Part shown: one piece after another, positions 36,477-49,973 of the stretch
How positions within the stretch are numbered: the first letter of the stretch is position 1
Layout of the letters: every line of letters begins with the position of its first letter
Source of the DNA: Podarcis bocagei
Lineage: Eukaryota
Direction: 5' to 3' (one strand)
Assembly: GCA_964188305.1 (NCBI GenBank)
Contig: OZ076893.1
DNA length: 64,000 nucleotides
Made by a program: the position numbers and the translations under genes
The notes under the pieces: generated by a model
Seen by the model: the letters and a program-made list of their open reading frames with translations, nothing else
What the model was told of the DNA's origin: nothing
Databases searched by the model: none

Positions 36477-38905
36477 ATGGATGTTATGGAAATAAAGCAG
36501 GCAGAGAGAACAAGGAAGATCACCAAGAGGCAAGTACTGTTTCTGTTCATATTCTGGTCTGTGTTCTGCTGCCAGGTAGTGTCTGAGAAGGTTCAGTATT
36601 CAGTTCCAGAAGAAACAGAGCAGGGCTCCTTTGTGGGGAACCTTGCTAAAGATCTGGGGTTGGATGTCAGAGAGCTGTCAAAGCGCAAGCTTGGTATTTC
36701 TTCAGAAAAGCAGTTCTTTGATTTGAATGAACAAAATGGCAACCTGTATGTGAATGAGAGGATAGATCGGGAAGAGATTTGTGGGGAATCATCCACTTGT
36801 GTCCTCAAATTAGAAGTTGTGGCACACAATCCTTTGAATATCTTCCACGTAAATATTTTTATCCAGGACATTAATGACAATGCCCCATATTTCCGGAATG
36901 AAAATGTTGAGCTTAAATTGAGTGAGTCTACTCTGCCAGGAACTCGATTTGCTCTTGGAAATGCTGAAGATAAAGACATTGGAACAAATTCCCTGCAGAA
37001 TTATCGATTGAGCTCAACTCCATATTTCAAGTTGGAAATTCAAAACAGCAATGATGGTGGTAAATATGCAGAATTAGTATTGCAGAAACAACTGGACAGG
37101 GAAAAGGAACAGATGCACCACATGGTCCTTACAGCCATGGATGGTGGAGAACCTCCAAAAACCGGAACAGCCAACATATTGGTTGCAGTTATTGATATTA
37201 ATGACAATGCCCCTGTTTTCACCCAGACAATCTATAAAGTGAGCCTGAAGGAGAGTGCACCCAAAGGAACCTCTGTGCTTCAAGTCAAAGCATCTGACAG
37301 TGATGAAGGGTCCAATGCTGAGATCACTTATACATTCAGTGACATCCCAGAAACAGCTGAGCAGAAATTTCATCTGGATCCCAGAGATGGAACAATTACA
37401 CTTATAGAAAGTGTTGATTTTGAGGAGAGACAAAAATATGTGATGATAATTAAGGCAAGTGATGGAGGAGGCTTGGCGGCACATTGCAATGTGGAGATTG
37501 AGGTTCTTGATGAGAATGACAATGCTCCAGATGTGATCCTTACATCCGTGTCCAGCCCAGTTCCTGAAGATGTCACTTCTGGAGCTGTGATTGCTCTCAT
37601 TAAAGTTCAGGACAGGGATTCTGGGGATAACGGAGAAGTCACCTGTCACCTGAAGGAACTTGTACCTTTCCTGATAGTCTCATCCTCGGATAATTACTTC
37701 AAGCTCCTCATAGATGGTGCTCTTGACAGAGAAAGGACTCCCGAGTATAATATTACAATCACAGCCACAGACAAAGGCACACCTCCACTCTCCACACACA
37801 AAACCATATCAGTACAGATCTCAGATATCAATGATAACCCACCAGCCTTTGAAAAATCTTCCTACACTGCCTACGTTCCAGAGAACAACCCATCTGGAGC
37901 TTCTATTTTCCACATCAAGGCCTCTGACCCAGATCTGGATCGCAATGCCAGAATCACTTACTCCGTCCTTCACAGCAACATCAAGGACCTGCCTCTCTCC
38001 TCCTATGTCTCCATTAACTCTGAGACTGGGATCATCTATGCCCAACGCTCCTTTGACTATGAGCAATTCAGGGAGTTTCAGATTCAAGTGAAGGCCCAAG
38101 ATGGAGGTTCTCCACCACTCAATAGCAGTGCCACAGTGACAGTATGTGTTTTGGATCGAAATGATAATGCTCCGCAGATCCTGTACCCCTCACAATCAAC
38201 CGAGGGCTCACCTTTCTTTGAGATGGTGCCTCGGTCAGCTGAGTCGGGTTATCTGGTGACGAAGGTGGTGGCCGTGGACTCTGATTCGGGACACAATGCC
38301 TGGCTCTCCTTCCATCTCCTGCAGGCCACAGAGCCCTCACTCTTCAGCATTGGCTCCCACACAGGAGAGGTGCAAACAGTCCGAGCATTACTTGAGAGAG
38401 ATGCAGTGAAGCAGAGGCTGGTCATCCTGGTGAAGGACAATGGGCATCCTCCTCTCTCAGCCACCACAACTTTGAGCCTGGTGTTTGCTGAGAACTTCCA
38501 GGAGGCTCTTCCAGAAATGAACTCCCAACCAAATGACTCAGAGTATCAGTCTGATCTACAGTTTTATTTGGTATTGGCCTTGACCTTGGTGTCCTTTCTG
38601 TTCCTGGTGACGGTGATTCTGACCATTCTGATGAAGCTTCGAAGGTCAAGGAACCCCACTTTCCTTCAGTGCTTTATTCCTGACCCCACTCAAAGGCTGG
38701 TGCCATATTCCCACCCAATTATGAGGACGGAACTTTGCCTTATTCCTACCAGGTCTGTCTGTCCTCTGAATCCAGGAGGAATGAGCTGACTTTCCTGCAG
38801 CCCACTGTCCAAATAGCAGAGAACATCCTTTGCAATGGCAGCTCTGACATTTCTTTGATGGTCAGTGGAGGCAATTTAATTTCTGAAAAGGAAAATGACA
38901 GCATG
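36477..38905 (+). pseudogene. PCDHGB: Protocadherin gamma-B-like variable exon (B2) with 1-bp frameshift after the TM (pseudogene, truncated isoform or assembly error)
   Basis: Near-identical to B1; C5 run is C4 at 38684-38687, giving a stop at 38789; the normal tail continues in another frame (ORF 38735-38932) to donor ATG|GTGAGT after 38905. Confidence 0.75.
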
Positions 38906-41617
38906 GTGAGTTATATTGCATGTTCCTTATAGGGAATTTGGTGTTGTTTGAGAGTTTAATTGTAAACAGTGGATGTTATCAAACTGGCATCCCAGAGAAT
39001 TCAGACCATGTCATCAGGGAAGTAGGTAGGGAGTAGTATTGAGCTGCTACTGCTGTAGAGCAAGCTAATTGGACCTTCCAGCAGCTATTGAGGGGCAGCA
39101 CAGCAGGATGGCGGAGGCTCTGTCAGAATTGTCCAGGTACACATCTGCATGGTAACTCGGTGTCGTGCTAAGATTACAGTGTGGTGCAGCATGGCTGAGT
39201 GGAGAGAATGTTTTCTTCTTCTTCTTATCTTTGCAGTACAAATGCAATTGAATATGTAGCTGTTTTCACATTCTGTGCTTTAAGAAATTTACAAGAAGAA
39301 ATACCAAAAAGTCTTTCATAGAATATTCTTTAAATAAATTGGTAAATTGGTAAAGTTTTTCAACTGAATTTTGGGAAGTGTTTGTGGAGCTTTTTATGGG
39401 TTGGATTATTTAATGAGAGTAAAGGATTAATTAATCACTAAACGTTTTAGAATACTGTAACTTGATTTGGTTCTCATATATACAAATAATCTTACATAGC
39501 ATTTGGATATTGTGTTCCTGTCACAGACACAGCTTGGGATTTGGCTCTGATGAGAATAGCACAACATATTAAGTGGTGGAGCTCTGATGGAGGCTATCAG
39601 TTGTACAAGCATTTCTTAGGTCCTGTGACTGCATGCTGTTTGTAGAATGAAAAATGCTCATGTACAACCTGTGTAGAAGAGTGGCAGCATCAAAAGGGAG
39701 TTTCTCTTGGCATGATTTCTAGAGATGTTGTATACCACTCTTTGTGTGTGTGTGGGGGACTATAGAATTATTTTACTTAAATAAATAATATGCACATATC
39801 CCACCCCCCACGTCCAAGATATGTATATACTGGAAATGGTCCCTGGATTGACAAATACCCTAAACCAAACATGACTGTATCATGAACCCAAACGTATCCC
39901 CTGCCCCTGCACCGGCCCCAGCCCGGGCCAGGTCCTGTATTCTCATATACTACTGATGTCCAGTGTGGATGCAATCCCAAAGTATTGGCATTCCTTTCAT
40001 TGCTTTTGCATTATATTGTTAGAGATTATGATAAATTGTAACAGTTATAGTGAACACTTTGTATGTAAGGATGTGTGTATGTGGAGCGTGTGGTTAGTAT
40101 TTCTACTTATACCATCTCTAGTCATGCTTCCATACTGTAGAAATATAGGTGACAAATAACTAGTGAGTGACAGCTACCAATGGTAGATGCCCTTTTAACT
40201 CTTTGGCATGGAATGTTTTCTTATGGAGAGTCAATCTGGCCAGGACATACATCTGCACATCCTGTAATTGCTGTACTTTAAAGCTGGGTCATGTTCACCA
40301 CCAGTGTATATTCCATTAGGAAAGATGAAGACTAATGTTAAAAGAACATTTGTTGGCAATATCTAGTGGATAATTCAGTGTCTTGTCCCTCCTGCTAATG
40401 GCCAAAATCAGTTTTAGCAGTTTAATCTTGTAGAATAAGAAGCACAACATCAAGCTCTCCAAAGAAGATGGCCGAAAACCACCCACCTCTGCTGTTCAAC
40501 AAGCCCTCACATGCTAGTTTTTAATAAAGCTCTCTTCTGAGTTTGACATCCAGTTTTCACATGTGTGCTTCTAAGCTGCCATTGAATGTTATCCATCCAC
40601 AGTAGTGGTGTTTGTGATAAGCTGGAGCTGTGGATGAGGCAGCGGTGTGGCTGGGTCTGTATGCATCTGTCAGCAACCAATCTGGCATTCCTGCTGGTGC
40701 ACCTACATGGCCCTAAGCTTGCCGTGACTGAAGCCCAGCCCTTTCCAGATAAGCAGTGGCAATAAATTACAGAGAATGTAGCCATTTTACTTCTTTGCTC
40801 TGTGCAGTAATACCTAGTGTTAAGAATGTTCAAGGCGCTTCACATATAGTGCTGTGTAACTCTTACAATAACCCAGAAAAGTAGATCAATGTTATGATAT
40901 TGGGGTAGGGGGAGAGGCTGCATTCAAATTTGTGGGTAATATTGCATTAGTTATTTTTCCTGCGTTTAATGGCAGCATTTCTGTCCTGTTCTTTTCACTG
41001 TGGTACCTGCTGTGCTAAGGAACTGTGGTTTTTGACTGATATACCAGCAAGTTGTGCTGAATTTCATGCACACCAGTGTATTTGGTATCACACAACAATG
41101 AATGTCATTGGCTAATGCCACAACTCTGTCAGCCTTTCTGCACATGGATGCCTCTGTTTCCCCATGAAAACAGCAGGAAAGAAATGTGTGTCAGCATATC
41201 AGTTTCCTCACTTTACAACTACAAACATTACACTGACACAAAGAAAATAAGAAGTACCAGAGGCTTACTATTCTTTTTTCTGCATCCAAATGAATCTTTT
41301 TAATATCCAGCAAACAACATTGCTGAGAAAGTTCAATATTTCAGAATTCAATTCATTCCAGAATTTCCAGTAATGGGGTAGGGCAGGAACCCTAAACACA
41401 CTTGTCTTTCCTGCTCCTTTTCAGTTTGTTTACAACAAAAAAAAATGTCACTCTTTTTTATCCTTAGTGGTTAAATTCGAAGAAGAAAAAATAAAGAATA
41501 TGGAAAAATATACATAGTTATCCTAGCTATATCTTCATTTATAATATTTATAATATTATAAAAAACTAGTACTGTACAGTGAAATGGTGTTTATTTAATT
41601 TTCAAAAGTGAAGTTTT

Positions 41618-41658
41618 TGCAGTTTGGGCTTGATCCTCTGGGTGTCACTGTTCACCAG
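41618..41658 (+). promoter_or_regulatory. CSE / CTCF site (CACT variant)
   Basis: TGCAGT...TCCTCTGGGTGTCACTGTTCACC; CACT at 41646. Confidence 0.83.
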
Positions 41659-41844
41659 AACAGAGGAGAAATGTGAAATCCTGCCCAATCAAAGTTGCCT
41701 TTCCATTAAACACAAACGCAAAATATCCAAAGGAACAAGCTGCTTGTCAGTGTAAAGAAGAAATGGATGTACATTTTCCTTAGAATGGAGTTGGATACAG
41801 CATCATTTGAATCAGAATTGAAGGGCCTTTAACCTGCTGCAAGG

Positions 41845-44268
41845 ATGGAAGGAACTCAGAGGCTGTGGAACTGCAGAAAGGGAATCTTCCAGTGCCTTTT
41901 CATGATGTTTTCTTGGAAGGCAGTTTCTGGGCAGATCCACTACTCCATTCCAGAAGAGATGCACAAAGGCTCTTCTGTGGGGAATGTTGCAAAGGACCTG
42001 GGAATGGAGGGCAAGCAGCTCCCAAACCATGGACTGCGCATTGTTTACCCTGTAGGTATGATTCAGTACTTTTCTTTGAATGTCAACAATGGCCATTTGC
42101 AAATATCTGAGAGAATAGATAGAGAGAAAATCTGCAGAGAGGCAGAGAAATGTTTGTTGAAGTTTCAGGTTCTTGTTGAAAGCAAACTGAAGCTTTATGG
42201 AATTGAAGTGGAAATTACAGATATAAATGATAATGCTCCCCACTTCCCTCTATGGGAACAGGAGCTGGAAATCAGTGAGGCATCTACACCTGGATTCCAG
42301 GTTCCTCTTCCTGAAGCTCAAGATCCAGATTGGGGGATAAATTCCGTGCAGAGCTATCAACTCACAGGCAGTAGCCATTTTGCTTTGCATGTGCAAACAG
42401 AAGAAAATGGTGTCAGAATTGCTGAACTTGTGTTGGAAAAGTCACTGGACAGAGAGGAACAATCAGCTTACGATTTGCTTCTCATAGCTACTGATGGAGG
42501 TGATCCCATCAGATCTGGCACATTACAAATCCACATTGTTGTCCTTGATGCAAATGACAATGCACCAGTTTTCAGCCAACCTCTCTATGAAGTGAGTGTG
42601 AATGAGAATATTCCCAAGTGGTCCATACTTTTGACAGTGAGAGCGACTGATATGGATGAAGGAATCAACGGAGACATTAAATATTTTTTCCAAAAAATCA
42701 CAAAGAGAGACTCCCAAATGTTTGTTTTAAATTCCACAACTGGTGAAATCATCCTTATTGGGAATCTTGATTATGAGGAATCATCTTTATATGCATTTGA
42801 GATACAAGCCAAAGATGGAGGAGGCCTGAGTGACAGATCAAAAGTTGTGATATCTGTTACAGATCTGAATGACAATGCACCTGAATTATCAGTTAACTTT
42901 GCCACCAACACCATACTTGAAAGTTCACCATCCCAAACGGTAATTGCCATTTTAAATGTCCAAGACCGAGATTCAGGACTCAATGGGGAAATCACATGTT
43001 CAATCCCTAGCAACCTCCCTTTCCAGCTAAAGAAGTCCATGGATAACTTTTACAGTTTGGTGACTGATGGTGCCCTTGACAGGGAACAGGTGTCAGTCTT
43101 CAATATTACTGTCACTGTTACTGACCATGGAGTCCCCCCTCTTTCTGCAGTCACAGTCATCACACTTCATGTTTTAGACACAAATGACAACCCACCCCTC
43201 TTTGAAAAAACAGACTATACTTTCTATTTTGTTGAGAATAACCAAAGAGGAGCCATGGTCTCTTCTATAAGAGCAAATGATCTTGATTGGGAAGAAAATG
43301 CCAGAATAACATATTCCATCACTGATGACCAAAGAAGTGACTCCCGCCTCTCCTCCTACCTCTCCATTAACTCTGAGACGGGGATTATATATGCTCTGAC
43401 CTCCTTTGATTATGAAGACTTTCGAGACATTCGGTTCCGTGTAAAGGCTCAGGACGGAGGTTCTCCACCACTCAGTTCCAATGTCTCAGTGACTCTCTTC
43501 ATCCTGGACCAGAATGACAATGCTCCCCAAATCCTGTACCCCTCCCCTCCCACTGATGGCTCCACAGGGATAGAGCTGGCCCCTCGCTCCTCTGAGCCAG
43601 GCTACCTGGTCACTAAGGTGGTGGCCGTGGATGCAGACTCTGGCCAGAATGCCTGGCTCTCCTACCAGCTGATCAAGGCCACCGAGCCAGGGCTCTTCAC
43701 TCTAGGGCTCCACACAGGAGAGATCAGGACGGCCCGCTTCTTTCTGGAGAAAGATGCTCTCAAGCAAAGCCTGGTGGTTTTAGTGAAGGACAATGGGCAG
43801 CCACCTCTCTCTGCTTCAGCCACTCTGACTGTGGTGCTGGCTGACACCATCCCTGCAATCCTCTCAGACCTGAGCAGCATCTCAGCTCCTGTGGAGCCTC
43901 CGTCTGACCTCACCTTCTACCTGGTCCTTGCAGTGGCCTTTGTTTCCTGCTTGTTCTTCATCTTCCTCCTTGTGTTACTGGCCATCAAGTTGCACAGGTG
44001 GAGAAATTCTCAGCTGCTTGAGTCGGGGAGTGTGAATTTCAGTGGCGCTCCTATCTCACAGTTTGTGGGGATTGACGGAGTCCGAGCATTTCTGCACTCC
44101 TACTGCCAGGAGGTTTCTCTCACTACAGACTCTAAGAAAAGCCAATTTAGTATTTCCAAGGCAAATTATTCCAATACTCTGAGCAATCAACAGACTTGTG
44201 AGGTAAAGAATCCTATCATATCTGGTGAAGATTTAAATTTTAATGATGGTGATCCAGTCATAGCCCAG
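41845..44268 (+). CDS. PCDHGA: Protocadherin gamma-A-like variable exon 5 (type-II tail)
   Basis: 810-aa ORF; tail [21 protein letters not shown]; donor CAG|GTGAGT after 44268 (808 codons). Confidence 0.93.
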
Positions 44269-45138
44269 GTGAGTTAATCAGGTTATCTTTTGATTTTATA
44301 TGAACTTACTCATCTTGGTGAATTTTACATCTATCTGATGATCTGCAATACTATACTGGAGGCTATTATTATAGATAGCACTTTGTTATTTATTAGTAAC
44401 ACCACAGTTGTTTTTTCAGTATTTGTGTTTCATGTTATAACACAGACAAATTATTTTACTCAGTTACATTTCTTATCTTTACTGTTATATTGCCCAGTAG
44501 TAAAATGACTCTCTGATCCTCATTGCCAAGTATATATTATGGTATGTAAAAATATAATTGATGCTATGCAGCTTTTTAATGAACATCAATATTATGGGCA
44601 CCATCCATAGGAGAGATAAGTTCCTTCTCCAGAAATCACTGGGTCTCAGAAATGCTTTTCTTTGGCCGAAATGTACCATATAGTTGTAGGATATTTTGGA
44701 ATAACGTGTGCATAGTAAGAATAATCATGAGTTATACTTATACACTTGTTTGACTGATATTCTAGCATCTGCTGAATCGAGAAAAATGAAAATAACATAC
44801 TAACTGAATATTAATTAAGATAGATTATTTAGCGCATTTGTGCAATTAGTTTTAGGCTGAATCTTCTGTCTTTTCCATTAGTAAATGTCATGTGGATTCT
44901 CGTGTTCTCTGCCTGGATGGGTAGGGCAGAAGGAAAAACAAAGATGTAAACTGGCAGAAGAAAACACTCCCATATGCAAGGATTAAAGCGAATCTTCCAT
45001 ATGATGGACCTCTACCACTTTCCAAACCTCTAAAAGGATAAGATCAAAGACAGGGAGGTGTGTGGATAGGGAAGACTCTCACATAAGACTAGGCAGAGAC
45101 AGAACTGCTTCTTGTAATGGCTTTGAAAGGCCAAGCAC

Positions 45139-45319
45139 CAGGGCCGGCCCAGCCACGAGGGAAGGTGTGGTGACCACCTTAGGTGGCAGAGTCCACCAGG
45201 GCGGCAGATCCTGATGTCAGTTCCTGACGTAGATCTTCACTCACCCCACCTTCCTTGGTGAGGAGGGGGTGCCATTCCTGGGTCTGTCTCAGGTGCCAAA
45301 ATGTACTGGGCCGGCCTTG
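45139..45319. mobile_element. hAT MITE
   Basis: TIR CAGGGCCGGCCCAG / CTGGGCCGGCCTTG; 8-bp TSD CCAAGCAC (45131-45138, 45320-45327). Confidence 0.88.
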
Positions 45320-47127
45320 CCAAGCACTGCTTGGCTTTTTGCTACATACAAAACTATTCCTGGAGAAAATATACCAGAACTTTCCTGTCACTAAATATGG
45401 TAATTAATTTCTCTTCTGACAGATAAACCATAATCTCTGCTGTGGAGCCTCTTCTAGAAAATGCATATTCACTCTTTTTGATCTCCTGTGTGTATCTGCG
45501 GCAGCCTTTATGTTTTAGAAGTGCTGGCAGCGCTCCTCCCCCATTCTTCTGAGGAAAATATTATCTTTCCTGAATACTTTTTCTGCTGCCCTCACAATTA
45601 AGCAAGCACCTTCAATCCCTTACTAGTCCTCATATTAAACCTTGCTAAAAAATAAATAAAAATCCAGTATATATGCAATGCTGGAGCGCACAGTCCTGAT
45701 TATATGATTTTTAAAAAGTTCTTAAATGCCATGAATATGAGCTGTTTGTTCCTAGAAACTGGGATGCGTCGTTCCTGTGGTGGGTTTGTCTGAGATGAAG
45801 TAATCCCTAGAAGTTATTTTCTCCAGATATTACTACACAGTAAATGTGGATGGATGTTAAAAACTCACCCAAAGGCAAATGTGAACACTTTCCAAAGAGG
45901 CTAAAGACCTGCCAATCATTAAGAATTCACTGTATAGTTAACTTACAGTATAATGGTATACATACCTACTCAGACGTGCTTAATGGATACAGGATGGCAG
46001 ACGAGGCTTTGGTTTAGGGTTGGCATTGGGGGAAAACAGGGTTCTTGTGCCTTTAACAGATGCATGGCAGACAGAAATTCAAGAGGTTGAACCTTTCCTA
46101 GTATGGAAATACAATTATGGGGAAAGTTTCACCATGACTGTGCTCACTCTAATTTTGTGGTATACCGTGCTCCCCACAGCAGCCATTTTGTATTATGCCA
46201 TGCACCCATGGCAGCCATTTTGTGACTTGCACCCACAGCACTCTCTCAGAATTAAAAAAAGTGACCACTGGTCCAATGGTGTAATTGTAAAACAGGCAAA
46301 CTGTCAGGTTTCTGAGGTGGCAGCAGCTAGAGTGAGGAAAGGTGAAGAGCAGGCCCTCAGCCTGGCAGAACCACCTCCCCCGCTTCCTTGCTGAGGAGAA
46401 ATGAGCAGGCCTTGGGACTGAGGCTTTATAAAATGATGTGAAGCTGTACTGGTTCCCTGACCACCTGAATTTATATTTTTGCCTAGATGAGGTAACTAGC
46501 GTACAATACTTCTGGTGGACGTGCTGCCATGTGCCTCCCTGCCACAGGGGACATATATCTGAGATACATTTGGCAGGTATTCATGGAAGGGATGTGGAAC
46601 TCCCTGCCCTGGAAAGTCCTCTGGGCCTCCTTCCATTTCACTGCCTGCTGCAGGCCTTTTTATTCCAATAGGCATTAATCCTGCCTTGGAGCTGAATATT
46701 CTTGACTATATCCCAAATATAGACATTTTTTAAAAATTCCACACTGACTCCATGGCAGGATTGTTGAAGTGACTACTATTTTATCTGCAAAGTCTGAGGT
46801 AAATTACCATAGTGTACAGAGTCCAGATTTATTCTTCCAAAAGAACTCTGCCAAATTCTTCTTTACATATTTGGGGGCAAATGATAGAAAAAGAAGCCAA
46901 TTTATTTACTGCTGCTGCAATACTACCACTCCAAATTCTAGGATGGATTGAAGGGAGCATCACATGTTCGAAACAAAGGGAAACAGAGGTATGAGTGACA
47001 TTTATTCCTTCCTGTATAATACGCAAAGCAGGGCTAGGCACAAGGATCATGGAATGATGGATGATTCTAGCAGGTGAAATTCTTGCATTGTATCACAGTG
47101 GAGACATATGTGTTCTCACCATATATT

Positions 47128-47700
47128 AGAATTATAGAGTTGAAAGTTACCTCAGTAATCATCTAGTCCAACCATCTGCCAATGCAGGAAATTCACCATT
47201 GCTGATAGTCTCTGTTTAGAACTTCTAATGAAGAAGAGTACACGACTTATGGATGCAGTCTGATCCACTTTCAAGCAGCTCATGCCTGCAAAAGGTTCTT
47301 CCTAATAGTCTAAATACTTTTTCTTGCAATTTGAATTCTTTTCTTGTTTCCCCATTTTGGACACATTCCAGTTTGCCAATATTCTTCTTAAATTGTGGTG
47401 CATGGAAATGGGCACAGTACTCTGGGTGAGGTTGTCTGACCAAAGCAGGATATAAATATACCATTACTTTTCACAAACTGGACGCAGTATTTATGTTGAT
47501 GTGAACTAGAACTGCATTAGCCTTTTTAGCTGTTGTGTCGCACTACTGGCTCATGTTTACCTTGTTATCTGCTAAAACCCTAGAATCTTTTCACATGTAC
47601 AGCTGTCAAGCCAGGTATCACCCATCCTAGATTTGTGCACCTGATTCTTCCTAACTAATGCAGAGATTTAAATTTATCTCTATTGAAAATTGTTTTGTTA
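47128..47700 (-). mobile_element. Degenerate CR1 LINE 3' fragment
   Basis: Starts AGAATTATAGAGTTG...ATCATCTAGTCCAACC; minus-strand ORF contains ALVRQPHPEYCAHFHAPQFKKNIGKLECVQ, resembling CR1 ORF2. Confidence 0.75.
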
Positions 47701-49208
47701 AAAACGTCCCCTTTCTGCATCCAGTCATGATCCAAGTATTATTAGCTATTATTAGGCATGAGGGAGCTGCTTTCTATGAGTAGACCCTATGCAGTTGGGA
47801 TCTAAGTGAGAAGCCATGTAGGTTGAGTTTATGCAAGAGGAGTGTGTTCAGTTTATGTGGGTAGGACCTGCGTGATCAGCTCACTCATTACTCCCCAGCT
47901 GCATGGGACTGTTTGGAGGAAAGCAGCTCCCAAGCAAGAGGCATGCTATTTAAAAGCCTTCTGAGTCACTTGGTTTTCTTGTGCTTCTCCAGCTTTCACC
48001 ACAACTCAAATGGCATCCAGCTAGGCTTCTGTTTCTGATGTTTCAGGTCCCCACTTCAGCAGGAAGTAGAAGAGACACTGGTGTTTATTATCTTACCTTC
48101 TACATGGTGCCTACTTAAAAGCATACCTCATGAGAGGCCATCTGAATACCTGCAGCCTCCAACTACACAGTAAAGTTACCACATTTCTAGATATGGGTGC
48201 TTATGGAATCACGGGTGGGATTTCAGATACTTGTAGTCACACCTCCCAGTGGCCATGATGTGGGGTATGTTCATTTGAGAATATTGTTGGTTAGCTATAA
48301 ATCAAAGAAGTGACTGAGTTGATGGCCAAAGTCAAATTGAGTTGACTTCAGAGAACAAGCAAGCCTCCAAAAGAAGAGCTGTCAGTGATAAAATCATAAG
48401 AGGATAATGGAATACAACAGCAAACTGGAAGTATCTGGGATAGATTATCGAAATTGTTTCCCCACTTCAATGGAGACTTAAAATATTCGGATCTGCTACC
48501 TCAGAATGTAATGGTATGAAAACAAAAGTGCCTTCTTGATACCCTCAATACATCTCTTGTTTCAAAACGCCAGTTTCAGATTATTATGGTACTAGAATGA
48601 ATAGCTATCCTCATGATGGGCAGGGTGCAAGTCTTAGTTCTTGGACATTTTAGTTCCATTAATCTTGTTCTGATTATTGGCTTTCAATGAAAAGGCTCTG
48701 CAGTTCTACTTACTGGATTTAATGGAAACTTCTCATCTCAAAGTTAGTCAGCCTAAGAGCCTGAGGAACTATCAAATGGGAACTGAAGAAAGAGAAGCTG
48801 GACACGTGGGATTACTGAAGGAGGGAAAGATGGAGAGGAAAGATGCATGGTTATTTTTCAAGCACAGCCCCATGGAACCTGACTTTCCATGATGCAATCC
48901 CCTGCATCTAAGAGCTGCCTGTGACAGACAAAACCACGTGGACAGGGAAGATCGTGAACTTTGCACACACAATATGCAAATATGGTTCTGTCATTCATAG
49001 GCAGCCCCCAATCAAGTCACATCATAGGGAAAAAATAGCACAAATGTAACTGCATGCGAAGGTCAAATAAAGAATTAACTCTGAGAAGGAAATGGGAGAG
49101 GGAGGGAAGAATGATTAGAAAGCTGCACATGACAGATCAGCATACATAGATGAGCAGGGCTGAATTGCACATATCATAGTATAATCACCTGCCAGATCCT
49201 TGGTTATA

Positions 49209-49465
49209 CAGTGTTACCTCGAGTTACAAATGCCTCAGGTTACAAATGCTTCAGGTTACAAATGCTTCAGGTTACAAACTCTGCTAACCTGGAAGAGTTA
49301 CCTCGAGTTGAGAACTTTGCCCCAGGATGAGAACGGAAATCGTGTGCCGGCGGTGCAGCGGTAGCAAGAGGCCCCATTAGCGAAAGCACGCCTCTAGTTA
49401 AGAACAGTTTTAATTTAAGAATGGACCTCTGGAACGAATTAAATTCGTAACTGGAGGTACCACTT
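49209..49465. mobile_element. Tc1/mariner MITE, same family as 14100
   Basis: TA-CAGTGTTACCTCGAGTTAC ... GTAACTGGAGGTACCACTT-TA; shared internal sequence; about 235 bp upstream of a CSE. Confidence 0.85.
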
Positions 49466-49700
49466 TATGCTTATAATATTCAGTATTCAGGTACAACTAA
49501 GACTGGGAGTAAACATGAGAACACCTGAGAAAAAAGTACCTATTGTGATCTTTTTAAGGACAAAACTGGCTTATATGAACCATATATCTATTAATGAGTT
49601 GAACAAAAAGATCAGTCAACTGAAATTTCCTGATAATACCATAAAGAATAGAAAGAGTTATGGAAGAAAATGTACATTTAGGATTCCAAAATAAGGCTTC

Positions 49701-49742
49701 TGCAGTTTTGTATTGAGCCTCATGGTGTCGCTGTTCACCAAT
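49701..49742 (+). promoter_or_regulatory. CSE / CTCF site (CGCT type) followed by CCAAT
   Basis: TGCAGT...GCCTCATGGTGTCGCTGTTCACCAAT; CGCT at 49729. Confidence 0.88.
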
Positions 49743-49973
49743 AAGGAAAAAAAGTAAAAGATCCAGCCTCACAACCTTAGCTATTACAGTGCAGCACACA
49801 GTAACTGAGGCGAGGCTGAACATGACAGTACAGAAAGCAAAACTGAAGTAAGTTTTGCTTAAACACAATTTGGCTATTTTGAACTGGATCCAGGAGCAGA
49901 ACAAAGGGATCACCAGAAACCAATCATTAGAGCTTTTGAACAGAACCAGCATTTTTTCTCCTGGTACAAAATC

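Larger units (their letters stand above)
19522..43800 (+). repeat. Tandem segmental duplication, unit about 11.7-12.2 kb (A-tail, relic, B exon, A ectodomain)
   Basis: Near-identical intergenic and coding sequence at offsets 11694 (20347/32041), 12234 (24243/36477) and 12227 (29618/41845); ends blurred by shared EC6. Confidence 0.9.
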
